A DNA stretch of 64,000 bases from Octopus sinensis (Eukaryota): positions 13,640,001 through 13,704,000 of the forward strand of contig NC_043010.1 in NCBI RefSeq assembly GCF_006345805.1. The letters run 5' to 3'. The notes beneath the pieces are model-generated. The model searched no databases. It saw nothing but the letters and a program-made list of their open reading frames with translations, and had not been told where the DNA came from. Of this stretch, positions 1 to 12,126 are shown piece by piece (within the stretch, counting starts at the first letter, position 1; each line of letters begins with the position of its first letter). The position numbers and the translations under genes were made by a program.

Positions 1-14
1 TATATACATATATA

Positions 15-179
15 CGACGGGCTTCTTTCAGTTTCCGTCTACCAAATCCACTCACAAGGCATTGGTCGGCCAGACGCTATAGTAGAAGACACTTGCCCAA
101 GGTGCCACGCAGTGGGACTGAACCCGGAATCATGTGGTTGGTAAACAAGCTACTTACCACACAGCCACTCCTGCGCCTA
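15..179 (-). mobile_element. SINE family A, 5' half (tRNA-like head), cut by window edge
   Basis: Reverse complement reads ggcgcaggagtggctgtgtggtaagtagcttg...ggttcagtcccactgcgtggcaccttgggcaagtgtcttc, shared with more than 12 copies in the window. Confidence 0.85.
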
Positions 180-356
180 TATATATATATATATAGTTTA
201 CTCTTCTCTTACAGTAAGATCAACAAATAAAGTACTCCACCCAGTGAGAGAGAAATATTATCTAATGTACACAGTATATAGTTATAAGCTACTAATTGTT
301 TCATACATTGGAGATATTGTCTAGGCAGGTTTTAATAACATGCCTAGTGTCTCCAA

Positions 357-400
<44 letters not shown>

Positions 401-401
<1 letters not shown>

Positions 402-594
402 GTGCGGGTGGCACGTAAAAAGCACCCACTACACTCACGGAGTGGTTGGCGTTAGGAAGGGCATCCAGCCGTAGAAACACTGCCAGATTTGACTGGGCCT
501 GATGAAGCCTTCTGGCTTCACAGACCCCAGTAGAACCGTCCAACCCATGCTAGCATGGAAAACGGACGCTAAATGATGATGATGATGATGATGA
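401..594 (+). mobile_element. Repeat family C (RTE-linked 3' end, (GAT)n tail)
   Basis: gtggcacgtaaaaagcacc...ggcgttaggaagggcatccagc...ccatgctagcatggaaa...(gat)n. Confidence 0.85.
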
Positions 595-3500
595 TATATA
601 TATGACAGGCTTGTTTCAGTTTCCATCTGCCAAATCAACATGCAAGGTTTTGGTCAACCCAGCACTATTATAGAAGTGCACTTGCCCAAGGTATTTTGAG
701 TGGGATAGAACCCCAAACTATATGGTTGGTAAACAAGCTTCTCAACTGCACAACCACGCCTATGCTAATCAATCAATACAAATATAATGGTATTTAACAT
801 TGGTACATTAGGTTACAAATACTAACAATAGAAAATCATATAAAGGTACTGTAACGCATTCGTCTGTTAATCTACCAATCCACTGTTCTTGTGCAAGAAG
901 GGTAAATATACACAATATTTCTATGAAATATGACAAGGAAAACACTTCATTTTTTTTTTTAATCAAGGAAGCAAAAAAAAAAATCCAAAGTCACTATAAG
1001 TGATATAAATAACTGTAGAGCAACTATTATCGATCAGGACTAACTTGGGACTAATAAATTATAAAATAGCGGTATAAAAATGTCTTTTACAGACTAATCA
1101 CTGTTAACAATAATGATGTTATTGACCTCCTTCGGCAGATTGGGTAGTGAATAGCTCAAAGTTTTGCTTATGTTGAACGTCTACAGTAGTATCCCGCGTA
1201 ACTTTGACAAGACAAGTCTTCGAATCACAGATATAGATCGTCGAATGAGTTTCTGACGGAGTTTTCGTCTCCCTGCTTTTGCTCACAAACGTTGGGTCGA
1301 ACCTAAAGCTATAGTAGAGGACATTAACCCAAGCCAAAGTGTTATACAGTGTGACACCTCCTGTTTGATGAGTGAGGGAGCATCTACATGGTTACTTAGC
1401 CTGCTAGAAATAACAATCAAATACTCCTCGATAATACCCTGTGCGTCATTAACGAAATAAAAAACGGAAAACATAATCTTGGATGATCTTTATGGGGGAG
1501 AAAAAAAAAAGAGAAAAAGACCGAATGGGTACGGCTGGAGCGCGTTCGATCGCAGATAGATACGCTCTACCAAAGCTGGCTTAGCGGCTAAATATCTACC
1601 GTAGTAACTATCCCGATGATGTCACTATATTCTTTAAAAAATTCAAATATTGAAATTCTAGTGCAGCCACCCATTGTCAGGATCTTCCATCCCACATTCA
1701 TTGCTTTTACTTCAATAAATAATTTGTTCGTTATACTTTTTCGATTATCTGTTTTGTTGTCTTTTTTTTTTCTTTTTAATGGTTTAAATACTACAGTATT
1801 AGCATAGTTTTCTGTGAAGGGAGCAATAAAAAAAAAAGGAGAAAGTACAATTGACATATTGACATTTAAATTGTATAGTAGTAACAGAAACAGAGTTTGC
1901 CGGAATGAATGAAAAATGACCATATGGTCTTAATGTATTTCGCTTCACGATAAAAAATAAACATAATATATGATGTATGTCATGATACTTTGCATAATTT
2001 AAAATGGTATTATCACATACGAAACAATTCCAGTTTTTTTAGGGATTTTATTTGTGCGTATTAGTTCTTCTTTGCTGTTTCATTATTTACTCGATCTCAA
2101 AGAAAATATTAAGAAGCCGGTGAAAGTATAATTATTGCGTTATTAAAATAGTTCCGTCGTATCGTGTCGGATGATAAACCAACAGTGTTTTTATCTAAGT
2201 GTTAAGCACTCGTAGATGTTTTACAAGGGAGAAATACTTGAAATAATCGTTTTAATAACAAAAGCTAAAATAAATCCAAATGCCAGTTGCACAATTCTGT
2301 TTCGCTTTATCTCCCTTGTGTTTACATACAAATAGAATCTCATCTTTCTGAACGGGGTCCTTTCATATTCGATGGATAATTAGTGGAAAATTAAATATTT
2401 ACTAAAATGTACATCCCAACGACTACCAATATTGACTAACCGAGTTCAACCACATCTTAAGATCGTCCTTGGTCAATGTAAAATCATTACCCAGTTTCTT
2501 TGTATTGGCTACTTTGAAAGATTGGAGACAAGCACCACCTGAAGCAAACAGCACAAGAAAGGTTAGCGTCAATGAGTTGTCAGTTATTAAAGCAAGTCCA
2601 TTCTCCACTGTTTGTGTTTGCAACGTTTTTTACTTGTCTTTTCATATATTCATTTGCTTTCAATATTGTAAATAATTGTGGATTCTACGCCAAAGTATTC
2701 GTGTGTGCGTGCTGAATTTCAAAAAGTGAAAACATAAATGTTCTCAAGTAATAATAATTTATCAAGAGCTAGACAAATCTGACAAAAAACTTTATATTAA
2801 ACTTGATGATTATATGATTTTATTATTTCAACCATCTCTTCTTATTTGGCTTCAATGCAAATTCGGTTCTTTCTGGAAGTTCATCCATTGAGATATTTGT
2901 AATTTCTTTGGCCCAAAGTTTTATTGGCTTTAAAAAAACATTACCTAAAGATATTAATTTCAGAAATTAAAATGAAAATTGAAGTATGAACGTTACTTCT
3001 TCTACTGATCATTTGGTAAACTTTTTGGTTCTATCATTTTTTTTCACTTAAAAAAAAGGTATGAATACTGTGAAAACTTAGACACAGCAATAATCTTGTC
3101 AATGATTTTACAAATCTCTGAGGAATTAAAAGATTATTCGACATTGGAGAACTCGTTCTGAATACTGAAAGACTTGTCTATATAATAAGGAAGAAACTAT
3201 TGTTGCTGGCTGTCAAATATTTGTGACAGTCATTCTTAAATTAGTAAATTATCTCCTCAAAATTGTTATGCTCCTTCTTCTACCCTGGTTTTAGCCATTC
3301 CCATTGGTTACGGCTCTTCGTATTTATTTGACTTTGCATCTTGTTTATTGCCAGATGTGATGCTTGTTAAAGTGATCAATGGATCCACCACAACAAAGAA
3401 ATTGTTTGCCTTCATTCAAAATTATTATTTTCTCCCTTTTTTTTCTTGTTACTTGCTTTCTCGGATTGCAAGTGAGTGCAGTTGACATCTAAATTAGGTC

Positions 3501-4634
3501 ATGGTTATTCAGTGTATTTTCGCCCGGAGTGGGTATACCAGAATATAAATACGAAGGGTTTGCTACAATATATGCAGTAGTTCTATCACGAAATGGAAGT
3601 TAAAGTAAATAAAATGACATTGGCATGTTGCTTTGTCTCATTGTTTGATCTGTAAATTCTTTGGTTTCATTCTTTTGGTAGCCTTTACTAGTTCCCAGCA
3701 CTTGCACGCAGCATGCATCACTGTTTTAAACTGTATCTCACTGTATCTTGCATTCTGTATAGCCTATTGTTTGCCCTGAAAACCAAGTTTCATCATACTA
3801 CCTTCCTACTTACAGTGCAAGACTATTTTTCTAGTGGTTCTAACTGTTAAATACAACCTTCATCTTAGTAATGTTTAAATCTATATTTTATCAGCCAATC
3901 CCAATTCTGTATGATTATATCCACATTAAAAACAAATGATATGGGTATGTAAACAAATAAAATTCAAACTAAAATGAAGATATCCTTGGTGTGAATTGAA
4001 TTACACATACCTTACTACATAAACATGCTTCTTCCTCTTGCAATATCAGAACACCAAAATTTTACCTTGGAATTAAGCTTAAAATGTCTTAGAGCAAGGA
4101 TGTAATATCAAATATTGAAGTTTTTTTACAAGGTATTTTGAATTTACTGAAGAACTCCTGCATTGCATCCGCTGTAAAGAAGGATCTTTATTTTTTTATT
4201 TAAATTTTACCTTAGGTAGAATATTTTTACTCACTGAAAACAAGAAGTGACCCTAGAGCACTGTACATATCTTGTAACTGGATTAACAACTAATTTGCTT
4301 GGTTGTTAGTTAAAAGGAATATCTTTATTGTTGGAGTTAAAGTTAAAAAAACCCAGTAGAATCAAGAAAGTTAGGTTTAATGTTAATTGAAAAGCATATC
4401 AAAAGAGAAAAATCTGAAGCTTAATTAGAATCTGATCAGATATTGCAATCATTGTGAAGGAAAAAAAAATAAACACCACACAACAGATGGCTGCACCAGA
4501 CTGCCAAATCAAGATTGGAGCCTGGTGCAGCCATCTGGTTCGCCAGCCCTCAGTCAAAATCGTCCAACCCATGCTAGCATGGAAAGCGGACTTTAAACTA
4601 TGATGATGATGACAACACAACCATCTTCAATATA

Positions 4635-4843
4635 TTTGTTTCAAATTTTGGCATACAACCAGCAATTTCAGGGGTAGGGTAAGTTGATTCCATCAACCCC
4701 AGTGCTCAACTGGTACTTATTTTATCAGCCCTGAAAGGATGAAAGGCAAAGTTGACTTCAGCAGAATTTGAACTCAGAACTTAAAGACAAATGAAATGCC
4801 ACTAAGCATTTTGTCCAACATGCTAACTATTCTGCCTGCTCAC
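4635..4843 (-). mobile_element. SINE B, alternative-tail subtype (B2), diverged
   Basis: ggatgaaaggcaaagttgac...gaatttgaactcagaac core shared with family B. Confidence 0.65.
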
Positions 4844-5802
4844 TATTCAACCATCTGCAATATACTGAAATAAAAAATATTTAATAATATTTAATTGCAG
4901 CAAATGAAGCTCAGTTATAATTAACAACGACGGAAAAAAAATTGAAAATGTATCCAGGAATATTATAACTGACACTCCAAGATTTGAAATATATAAAGGA
5001 TTTATTATAGAAAGGTTTCATGGCTTTTATAAATGTAAAAGATAACAATTATTTCAGTAGAGTCCCATCACATTTCTGCTATAGCATGAAGAATCTTTTC
5101 ACATGTATAACAGCCATGCTTAAAGGATGCCTTTGAAATAAAGAAAAACGTAAAATAAATGTTTCTAAATAACATATTTCACGGCAACTGGATGAATATA
5201 TTTGCATTTAAGATTTATAATCAAGTTTGCTATAGAATTTGTCAGGCTTCATCATCATCATTTTACATATGTTCTTCTATGCCAGTTATGGCTTGATGGG
5301 TTATTGCAGTACAGCATCTCACCACTTATTGCAGTTTTTGGTCTCATCTGGTGCACACAAAAGAAAATTGCTAATCATTGACATACATAATTGCAAAGAT
5401 TGGTGGTTTTCTCTGTTGTGTATGTCATGTTTTTGTGTGTTTTGTTTCTGTTTTTGTTGGATGGCCTTCCTGTTTCCAACCACTTTAAGTATGGACTTGG
5501 TGCATTTTACCTTACAACCAGCACTGGAGAGAGATTGTCTGCACCAGGACGGAAGAGTTCTCTCTCTATTTCATATCACTTTTTCTTTTTGTAATCGAAT
5601 AGCTGTTCTCCTAGATAATTGCTCATGTGAATTCCAAATTTCCATTTTTTAAAGTTTTTCTTTTTGTTTGGCATGCTTGCTTGTGTCAAATATGTATACA
5701 GCAATATCTTATAATCCAATGCTTGAGGTGGTAAACATATGTATGGAATTGGTCTGCTTCATCAGGGTTGACTGGATGTTAAACAACAAGCACTGCAGCT
5801 AA

Positions 5803-6250
5803 CATCATCATCATCATCATCATCATCATCGTTTGACATCCACTTTCCATGCTAGCATGGGTTGGACGATTTTGACTGAGGGTGAACCAGATGGCTGCAC
5901 CAGGCTCCAATCTTGATTTGGCAGAGTTTCTACAGCTGGATGCCCTTCCTAACGCCAACCACTTCGAGAGTGTAGTGGGTGCTTTTTACATGCCACCGGC
6001 ACGGGGGCCAGTCAGGCAGTACCTCGCTCGAATGACCTCGCTCGAATGACCTCGCTCGAATCCTTTTACACATGCCACCAGCACAGGTGCCAATAAGGCG
6101 ACATTGGTAACGATCACGCTCAAATGGTGCCCTTTTATTTGCCACAGGTATGGAAGCCAGTTGGCTGCTCTGGCAACGATCACACTCGGATGGTGTTCTT
6201 GACACCCTACTAGCACAGGCACAAGTGCCAGTAGGGCAACGCTGGTAACA
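5803..6250 (-). mobile_element. Repeat family C with tandem upstream units
   Basis: (cat)n tail, ttccatgctagcatggg, ggatgcccttcctaacgcc, repeated gtgc...tttacatgccacc units; 14-bp unit acctcgctcgaatg x3 near 6020-6060. Confidence 0.85.
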
Positions 6251-6481
6251 GTAAGAGATTATCTCTTTGTGGTAGGTCTTGACCATAAAGAGTTAAGTGT
6301 TTTTGCCAATGGCATAATACACCAGTTACAGGATAATTATTGGCCATTCAGCTAGTTGAAACTGTAATAGATTTCTAATTATTTATTTATTTATTTATTT
6401 GCTGGGTTTGGTTTCAAATGCTGCCAAAGTCAACTTTACCTTTCATCCTTCCAGGGTTAATAAAATAATGCAGCAGTGGGA

Positions 6482-6700
6482 TCTTTATTTCTTTACTACC
6501 CACAAGGGGCTAAACACAGAGGGGACAAACAAGGACAGAGAAACGGATTAAGTTGATTACATCGACCCCAGTGCGTAACTGGTACTTAATTTATCGACCC
6601 CGAAAGGATGAAAGGCAAAGTTGAACTCGGAACGTAACGACAGATGAAATACGGCTATGCATTTCGCCCAGTGTGCTAACGTTTCTGCCAGCCTGCCGCC
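6482..6700 (-). mobile_element. SINE family B monomer nested in a B2 copy
   Basis: Tail tttatttctttactacccacaaggggctaaac through head gtttctgccagc; flanks tgcagcagt(g/a)gg duplicated. Confidence 0.8.
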
Positions 6701-7387
6701 TTTGCAGCAGTAGGGTCAATGTAATCGATTAGCCCACTACCCCACCCTATGGATTTCAGGCTTTGTGCCTATAGTAGAAAGAGTTATTTATTTGGTAGGT
6801 CAGGAGGAAGGTGCAGTGTCCATGACCTTTACAGACCCTTGAAAACCAATGAGATTGATGCCATTAATGTTCCTCTTGAGCCTTTGTAAGTCATTCCCTG
6901 CTAGAAACATATACATATACCTAATCTATCACCCAAATTGACAGATTACCAGCCTTTGAATGTCTTAACCAGTGTACACTCTGTAAGAAGCATTGAGGCC
7001 AAATTTCTTATCCAAGGATCGCTTGATCCTGCCAGTCTTGGAAGTCTTCAGAAAGACCATTTGCTCTGTTGTCTCTCATTTTACTAAACCATACAAGAAA
7101 AAACTGCAACTCTTGAAGATGCTGCTGATCAAAATTCCTTCAAATATGATTCATTGATAATTTGATAACAGTCCAACCCATGCTAGCATGGAAAGCGGAC
7201 ACTAAATGATGGTGATGATGAAATACAAAGAAAGTGTAATTTTAATGAAGATGCAGTAAAGAAATAATAATGACATAGACTCAACATTTATTAAATATGG
7301 AACTTAAATGAAGTACACAAGCAAACATAAAACAGCCTTCACAAGAGTTCACTTATAAAAGCTAATACTTTTAATGTTGTTGCATTA

Positions 7388-7945
7388 AGACAGTGAGCTG
7401 GTAGAATCAATAACCCACTGGATAAAATGCTTAGTGGCTTTTCCTTCCAGCTTTATGTTCTGAGTTCAAATTCCTCTGCGGTCAACTTTGTCTTTCATCT
7501 TTTTTGGGGTTGATAAAATAAGTACTAGATGAGCGCTGACTTGACTTGACTTGACAGCATTCACCCGGGGTGGGTTGAGCCGGCTTCATTCATCCTCAAT
7601 GCTGTATCTCTCACAAACGCCAACCAGGCCTTGTGATTTGAGGCTAACGACCACGTGATCTCCAATCACTCCTTATTCCAGTGGCGAACGCCGTAGACAT
7701 GGGGGTCCTAGGTTGGGTTCCAGATCAGCCTTGACAGGTTTTTCGTTGTCCACCACATCGCTTTCGCCAACCCTGAAGGGGAGCTGGGACAATTGCTTCA
7801 TAGATGAATTCTCCTGGTTGACGACGGAGGGCATGACCCAGCCAATGCAGACGTCTCGTTAGGATGACTTGTCGGAGTGCTGAGTGTTGACGTAATCAAC
7901 TAGAACCCTCTCCCAAAATTTTGGGCCTTGTGCCTATAGAAAAAT
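7388..7945 (+). mobile_element. SINE B2, interrupted by an RTE fragment
   Basis: Head gagctggtagaatc, core gttcaaattcc...ctttcatc, tail cccaaaattttgggccttgtgcctatag resumes after 7883. Confidence 0.7.
7540..7874 (-). mobile_element. RTE-clade LINE 3' fragment with (AAGTC)n tail
   Basis: Minus strand translates RRLHWLGHALRRQPGEF...WRKRCGGQRKT and, in another frame, DLEPNLGP...EAGSTHPG*; 9-bp TSD gagcgctga/gagtgctga at 7531 and 7875. Confidence 0.75.
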
Positions 7946-8497
7946 CAATTGTCGTTGTTGTTTGTCCTCAGATAATCCTTGATCAAAAAGATCTATGCTG
8001 GAAGATGTTCCAACTGTGACTAATGTGTCCTTTTTTTTTCAAGGAAGTAGAATGTATTTAAGCATATTTGGTTGGTATTTCTTGCAATTCAAGTGAATTC
8101 ATGATGCTCCTTTGTTGGCTCTGTAATAATACTTGCTAATAGAATGGTTCATTCATAAAGCTGATGTTTCAATTTCAATAGTATTAACTGGATGGAAGAT
8201 AATTCTACACTAAAATAGGATACTGCTGTATCATGAGCCAATGAGGGAGCTTTTTATATGGTTATTTGACCCACAAGAAATAACAGCCAAATCTTCTTCA
8301 AATCATAACTTCCCTTCTTAGAAAAGGAAAGGACACACTGGATAATATAGTCATGGATACCCATAAAAATACCAGATAGTCATGGCTGTTATAGATCTGC
8401 TGCCTTTGGATTAAACATTAACAAGTAGTATACCATAACTAACTTTTCTGAAGATATTTATATTTCATATTTTAAAACTGGTTTTCAATTGACCTCC

Positions 8498-8760
8498 ATA
8501 TGGCCGTTGGCATGTGTAAAAAAAAAAAGAATTCGAGCAAGGTTGTTGCCAGTACCACCTGACTGGCCCCCGTGCCGGTGGCACATAAAAGCACCCACTA
8601 CACTCTCAGAGTGGTTGGCATTAGGAAGGGCATCCAGCTGTAGAAACTCTGCCAGATTAAGACTGGAGCCTGGTGCAGTCATCTGGTTCGCCAGCCCTCA
8701 GTCATTTGTCCAACCCATGCCAGCATGCAAAGCAGACGTTAAACAATGATGATGATGATA
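8498..8760 (+). mobile_element. Repeat family C
   Basis: Same C motifs and (gat)n tail. Confidence 0.8.
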
Positions 8761-9291
8761 TATCTTTTCTTGAGGTATGTCATATTTGCAATTATTTTCT
8801 GTTGACACGTCAAGTTTATTGAGGTAACATGACTTCCAGAAAAACAAAGCAATAATTAACATCATTAGTAGAATAACCATGAAATTTGATTTCACTGTGA
8901 AAGGGTTAACAACCACATAGAAGAAACAAGTAGAAACAATATATGGTAGAGGGGACTCTTTAGTCTTGTCATGCCATTATAGTCAAGAGTATGTAGAGTC
9001 AAGATTCTAGCATAATGGCATTATAAACTTCATCCAGTTGATGCAGTGTATGCATTGGTAAGAAGAAGAACATCCAGCTGTAAAAGCCATGCCACCACCA
9101 TCACTACCAAAAAGGAAATATATGGAAGTGACACAGGTAGAAGGGATTCTTTAGCGCAATGAAGATATGCATGCTTCTTTGTTGTTCTGTGTGTCAGGTG
9201 CCAAAGGACTGCAAAGAATGGGAAGATGAAATGTAGTAATGGAATATTCAACATTGTTGCATGAGTGTATATATATATATATATATATAAA

Positions 9292-9515
9292 CAGAGCTGG
9301 TAGAAACGTTAGCGCGCTGGGCGAAATGCTTAGCGGTATTTAGTCTGCCGTTATGTTCTGAGTTCAAATTCCGCCGAGGTCGACTTTACCTTTCATCCTT
9401 TCGGGGGCGATAAATAAAGTACCAGTTTTGCACTGGGGTCGATGTAATCGACTTACTCCCTTTGTCTGTCCTTGTTTGTCCCCTCTATGTTTAGCCCCTT
9501 GTGGGTAGTAAAGAA
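9292..9515 (+). mobile_element. SINE family B monomer
   Basis: gagctggtagaaacgttagc...gttcaaattccgccgaggtcgactt...gccccttgtgggtagtaaagaaata. Confidence 0.85.
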
Positions 9516-9614
9516 ATATATATATATATTTAGAGAGAGGAAGAGAGTAGAGATTAATATACATACATGAAAGTAGTGTTTTTGCATGTTTGTGTGTGTA
9601 TATATATATATGGC

Positions 9615-9855
9615 TTCTGTGCCGGTGGCACGTAAAAAGCACCAACCGATCGTGGCCGTTGCCTGGCCCCTGTGCCGGTGGCACATAAAAAGCACCCACT
9701 ACACTCATGGAGTGGTTGGTGTTAGGAAGGGCATCCAGCTGTAGAAACACTGCCATATCAGACTGGAGCCTGGTGCAGCCTCCTGGCTTCCCAGACCTCA
9801 GTTGAATCGTCCAACCCATGCTAGCATGGAAAACGGACATAAAATGATGATGATA
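9615..9855 (+). mobile_element. Repeat family C
   Basis: Two tgccggtggcac.taaaaagcacc units then the C core and (gat)n. Confidence 0.85.
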
Positions 9856-9873
9856 TGTATGCATGTATTTTAA

Positions 9874-10080
9874 GGCGGCGAGATGGCAGAAACGTTAGCA
9901 CGCCGGGCAAAATGCGTTGCCGTTACGTTCTGAGTTCAAATTCCGCCAAGGTCGACTTTGCCTTTCATCCTTTCGGGGTCGATTAAATAAGTACCAGTTA
10001 CGCACTGGGGTCGATATAATCGACTTAATCCATTTGTTTGTCCCCTCTGTGTTTAGCCCCTTGTGGGTAGTGAAGAAATA
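9874..10080 (+). mobile_element. SINE family B monomer
   Basis: ggcggcgagatggcagaaacgttagc head through gggtagtgaagaaata tail. Confidence 0.85.
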
Positions 10081-10720
10081 GATATGTATGCATGTATATT
10101 CAAATGAGTGGACAAAGAAGGCACCCATCCAATACATTTAGTAGGAGATACATGTATCATTATTTAAAACAGTTTGATTTGGTCCCATGCGACATGAATT
10201 TTCATGGGCTTCTAACAGAGACCCGTTTCATTTGGGCTTAGATTACCGAATATACATACATATTGAGAGAGAGGTGCAGGCATGTCTGTGTGCTTAAGGG
10301 GTTTGCTTTGAAATCCTATGGTTTCAGGTTCAGTACATTTGCATAATCCCTTGTGCAAGTGTCTTCTATGATAGTTCCAGACTGACCGTGGCCTTGTGAG
10401 TGAATTTGGAAGATGGAACAGGAAGAGCACCCAGCTGTTGAAAATCAACCTCAACAAATCTTGTTAGACCTGTGTCTGCATAGAAAAGAGACACTAAAAC
10501 GATAACGATGTGTATCTGTGTCTATATTTAGTAGTAAACTATGAAAGTCCTTTGGCAGGTTTGTTATTATTCATACATAGTAGATCTAATTTTATAATTT
10601 TTAACATGGAAAGCGGACGTTAAACGATGATGATGATGATATATATATATATTGTTCAAATTTACAGTAAACAAAAGTAGCAGGCAGATGTAGGAACAAC
10701 AAGCAGGTGTATTAGTTTAA

Positions 10721-10750
<30 letters not shown>

Positions 10751-10751
<1 letters not shown>

Positions 10752-11235
10752 ACGATTTAGGAGTGACCCCAACAGGTCACTCGTCCACCAGAAAGAGCAG
10801 CCATAACTCACACCGCCAAGTATTAGTAATTCAGAAATTAGGTGAAAATTTAAAAACATTTACCCTAATTCATCCTTTTAGACGTTGCAACGTTTCTGTG
10901 TCATTAATGATTAAATTAGCTTAATTAAATTAAATTAAGCCAATCTACCATAGGTTACACTTCATCAGTAAAAGACCTGGGAGAGACAAATATACACGAG
11001 GCGTCTGTATTGATGCCTACGGGATATCTGACTTAAAATTTTCAAGACTGACGTATTCGCGCCAAACTTATCAACAGTAAATATAAACTGCCGATTCAAT
11101 CTCAGAATTATTCAGAAAATTATCAATTAGTCAATTTAGGGTAGCAAAAAAATTCAATAGAAATTTATCGCAACCAGCGGCCGCTGGTTGCGATAAATTT
11201 CTATTGAATTTTTTTGCTACCCTAAATTGACTAAT
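10751..11235 (-). mobile_element. Hammerhead-bearing, Penelope-type small element between two (TA)n tracts, ending in a perfect palindrome
   Basis: Contains an intact HHR core on the minus strand; (TA)n at 10720-10750 and from 11236; 110-bp palindrome at 11126-11235; Penelope link is inferred. Confidence 0.6.
10874..10975 (-). ncRNA. Type I hammerhead ribozyme, complete core, GUC cleavage triplet
   Basis: Minus strand: stem I CUUUUA, CUGAUGA, A, stem II GUGU...ACAC, A, GAA, stem III ACGUUGCAACGU, C17, stem I' UAAAAG. Confidence 0.8.
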
Positions 11236-11257
11236 ATATATATATATTATATATATA

Positions 11258-11390
11258 TTTCTTTATTGCCCACAAGGGGCTAAACATAGAGGGGACAAAC
11301 AAGGGATTAAGTCGATTACATCGCCGCCGCCCCTCCCAGTGCGAAACTGGTACTTTACTTATCAACCCCGAAAGGATGAAAGATGGCGGG
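11258..11390 (-). mobile_element. SINE family B, 5'-truncated
   Basis: tatttctttattgcccacaaggggctaaac tail to gaaaggatgaaag. Confidence 0.75.
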
Positions 11391-11435
11391 GTGATGCCGA
11401 GAAGGGATTAAGGGATTAATATATATATGTATGTC

Positions 11436-11995
11436 ATCATAATCGTCACCATCGTTGTTTAACTTCTGCTTTTTATGCTAACATGGATTGGACGGTTCGA
11501 CTGAGAACTAGGAGGCTGCACCAGACTCCAATCTGATCTGGCATGGTTTCTACAGCTGGATTCCCTTCCTAATGCCAACCACTCCAAGAGTATAATAGGT
11601 GCTTTTTACATGCCAGTTGTGTGACACTGGCATCAGCCACAACTACGATTTCACGTGGTTTCACAAGTCTTCTCAAGCACAGCATATTGCCAACAGTCTT
11701 GGTCATTTGTCGTCACCTTCGTGAGGCCCAAATATTCATAGGGTGCTTTTTACATGCCACCGGGACAGGTGCCAGTTATGTGGCATCGTCATTGGCCACA
11801 ACTATGATTTCACTTGGCTTGACATGGCTTCTGAAGCACAGCGTTTCACCAAAAGTCTCAGTCACTTGTCATTGCCTCTGTGAGGCCCAGCTTTCAAAGA
11901 TCATGCTTAACCATGTCTTCCTGGGTCTAACTCTTCCACAGGTTCCCTCTACAGTTAAGAGATCGGCACTTTTTTTACACAGCTGTCCTCATCAG
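11436..11995 (-). mobile_element. RTE LINE ORF C-terminus continuous with family C 3' region
   Basis: Minus strand (with frameshifts) DEDSCVKK...VEGTCGRVRPRKTW...LGLTEAMTSD.. then tandem units and the C core/(GAT)n tail. Confidence 0.7.
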
Positions 11996-12126
11996 GGAAA
12001 TATTAACTTGCTTGGAAATGAGTGCAAGTTGGGGGCAGGAGAGGCGTTTGGACAGAGAAAAATCTACCACAAATTCCATCAAAAGCATGGCAAAAATGCA
12101 TATTAAAATGATGATGATAGATATAT

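Noticed and set aside
301-641. Recurrent ORFs such as [12 protein letters not shown]... and MLGGQTQ.../MSSNARGTN...
   Set aside because: Chance frames in high-copy repeats C and A
1588-1923. 111-aa ORF (also 5239-5652, 56787-57155, 56816-57118)
   Set aside because: No recognisable domain; low-complexity or repeat-derived composition
3777-4250. Minus-strand donor/acceptor pairs near 3777-3812 and 4172-4210
   Set aside because: Implied introns are only 38-39 nt and the exons contain stops in all frames
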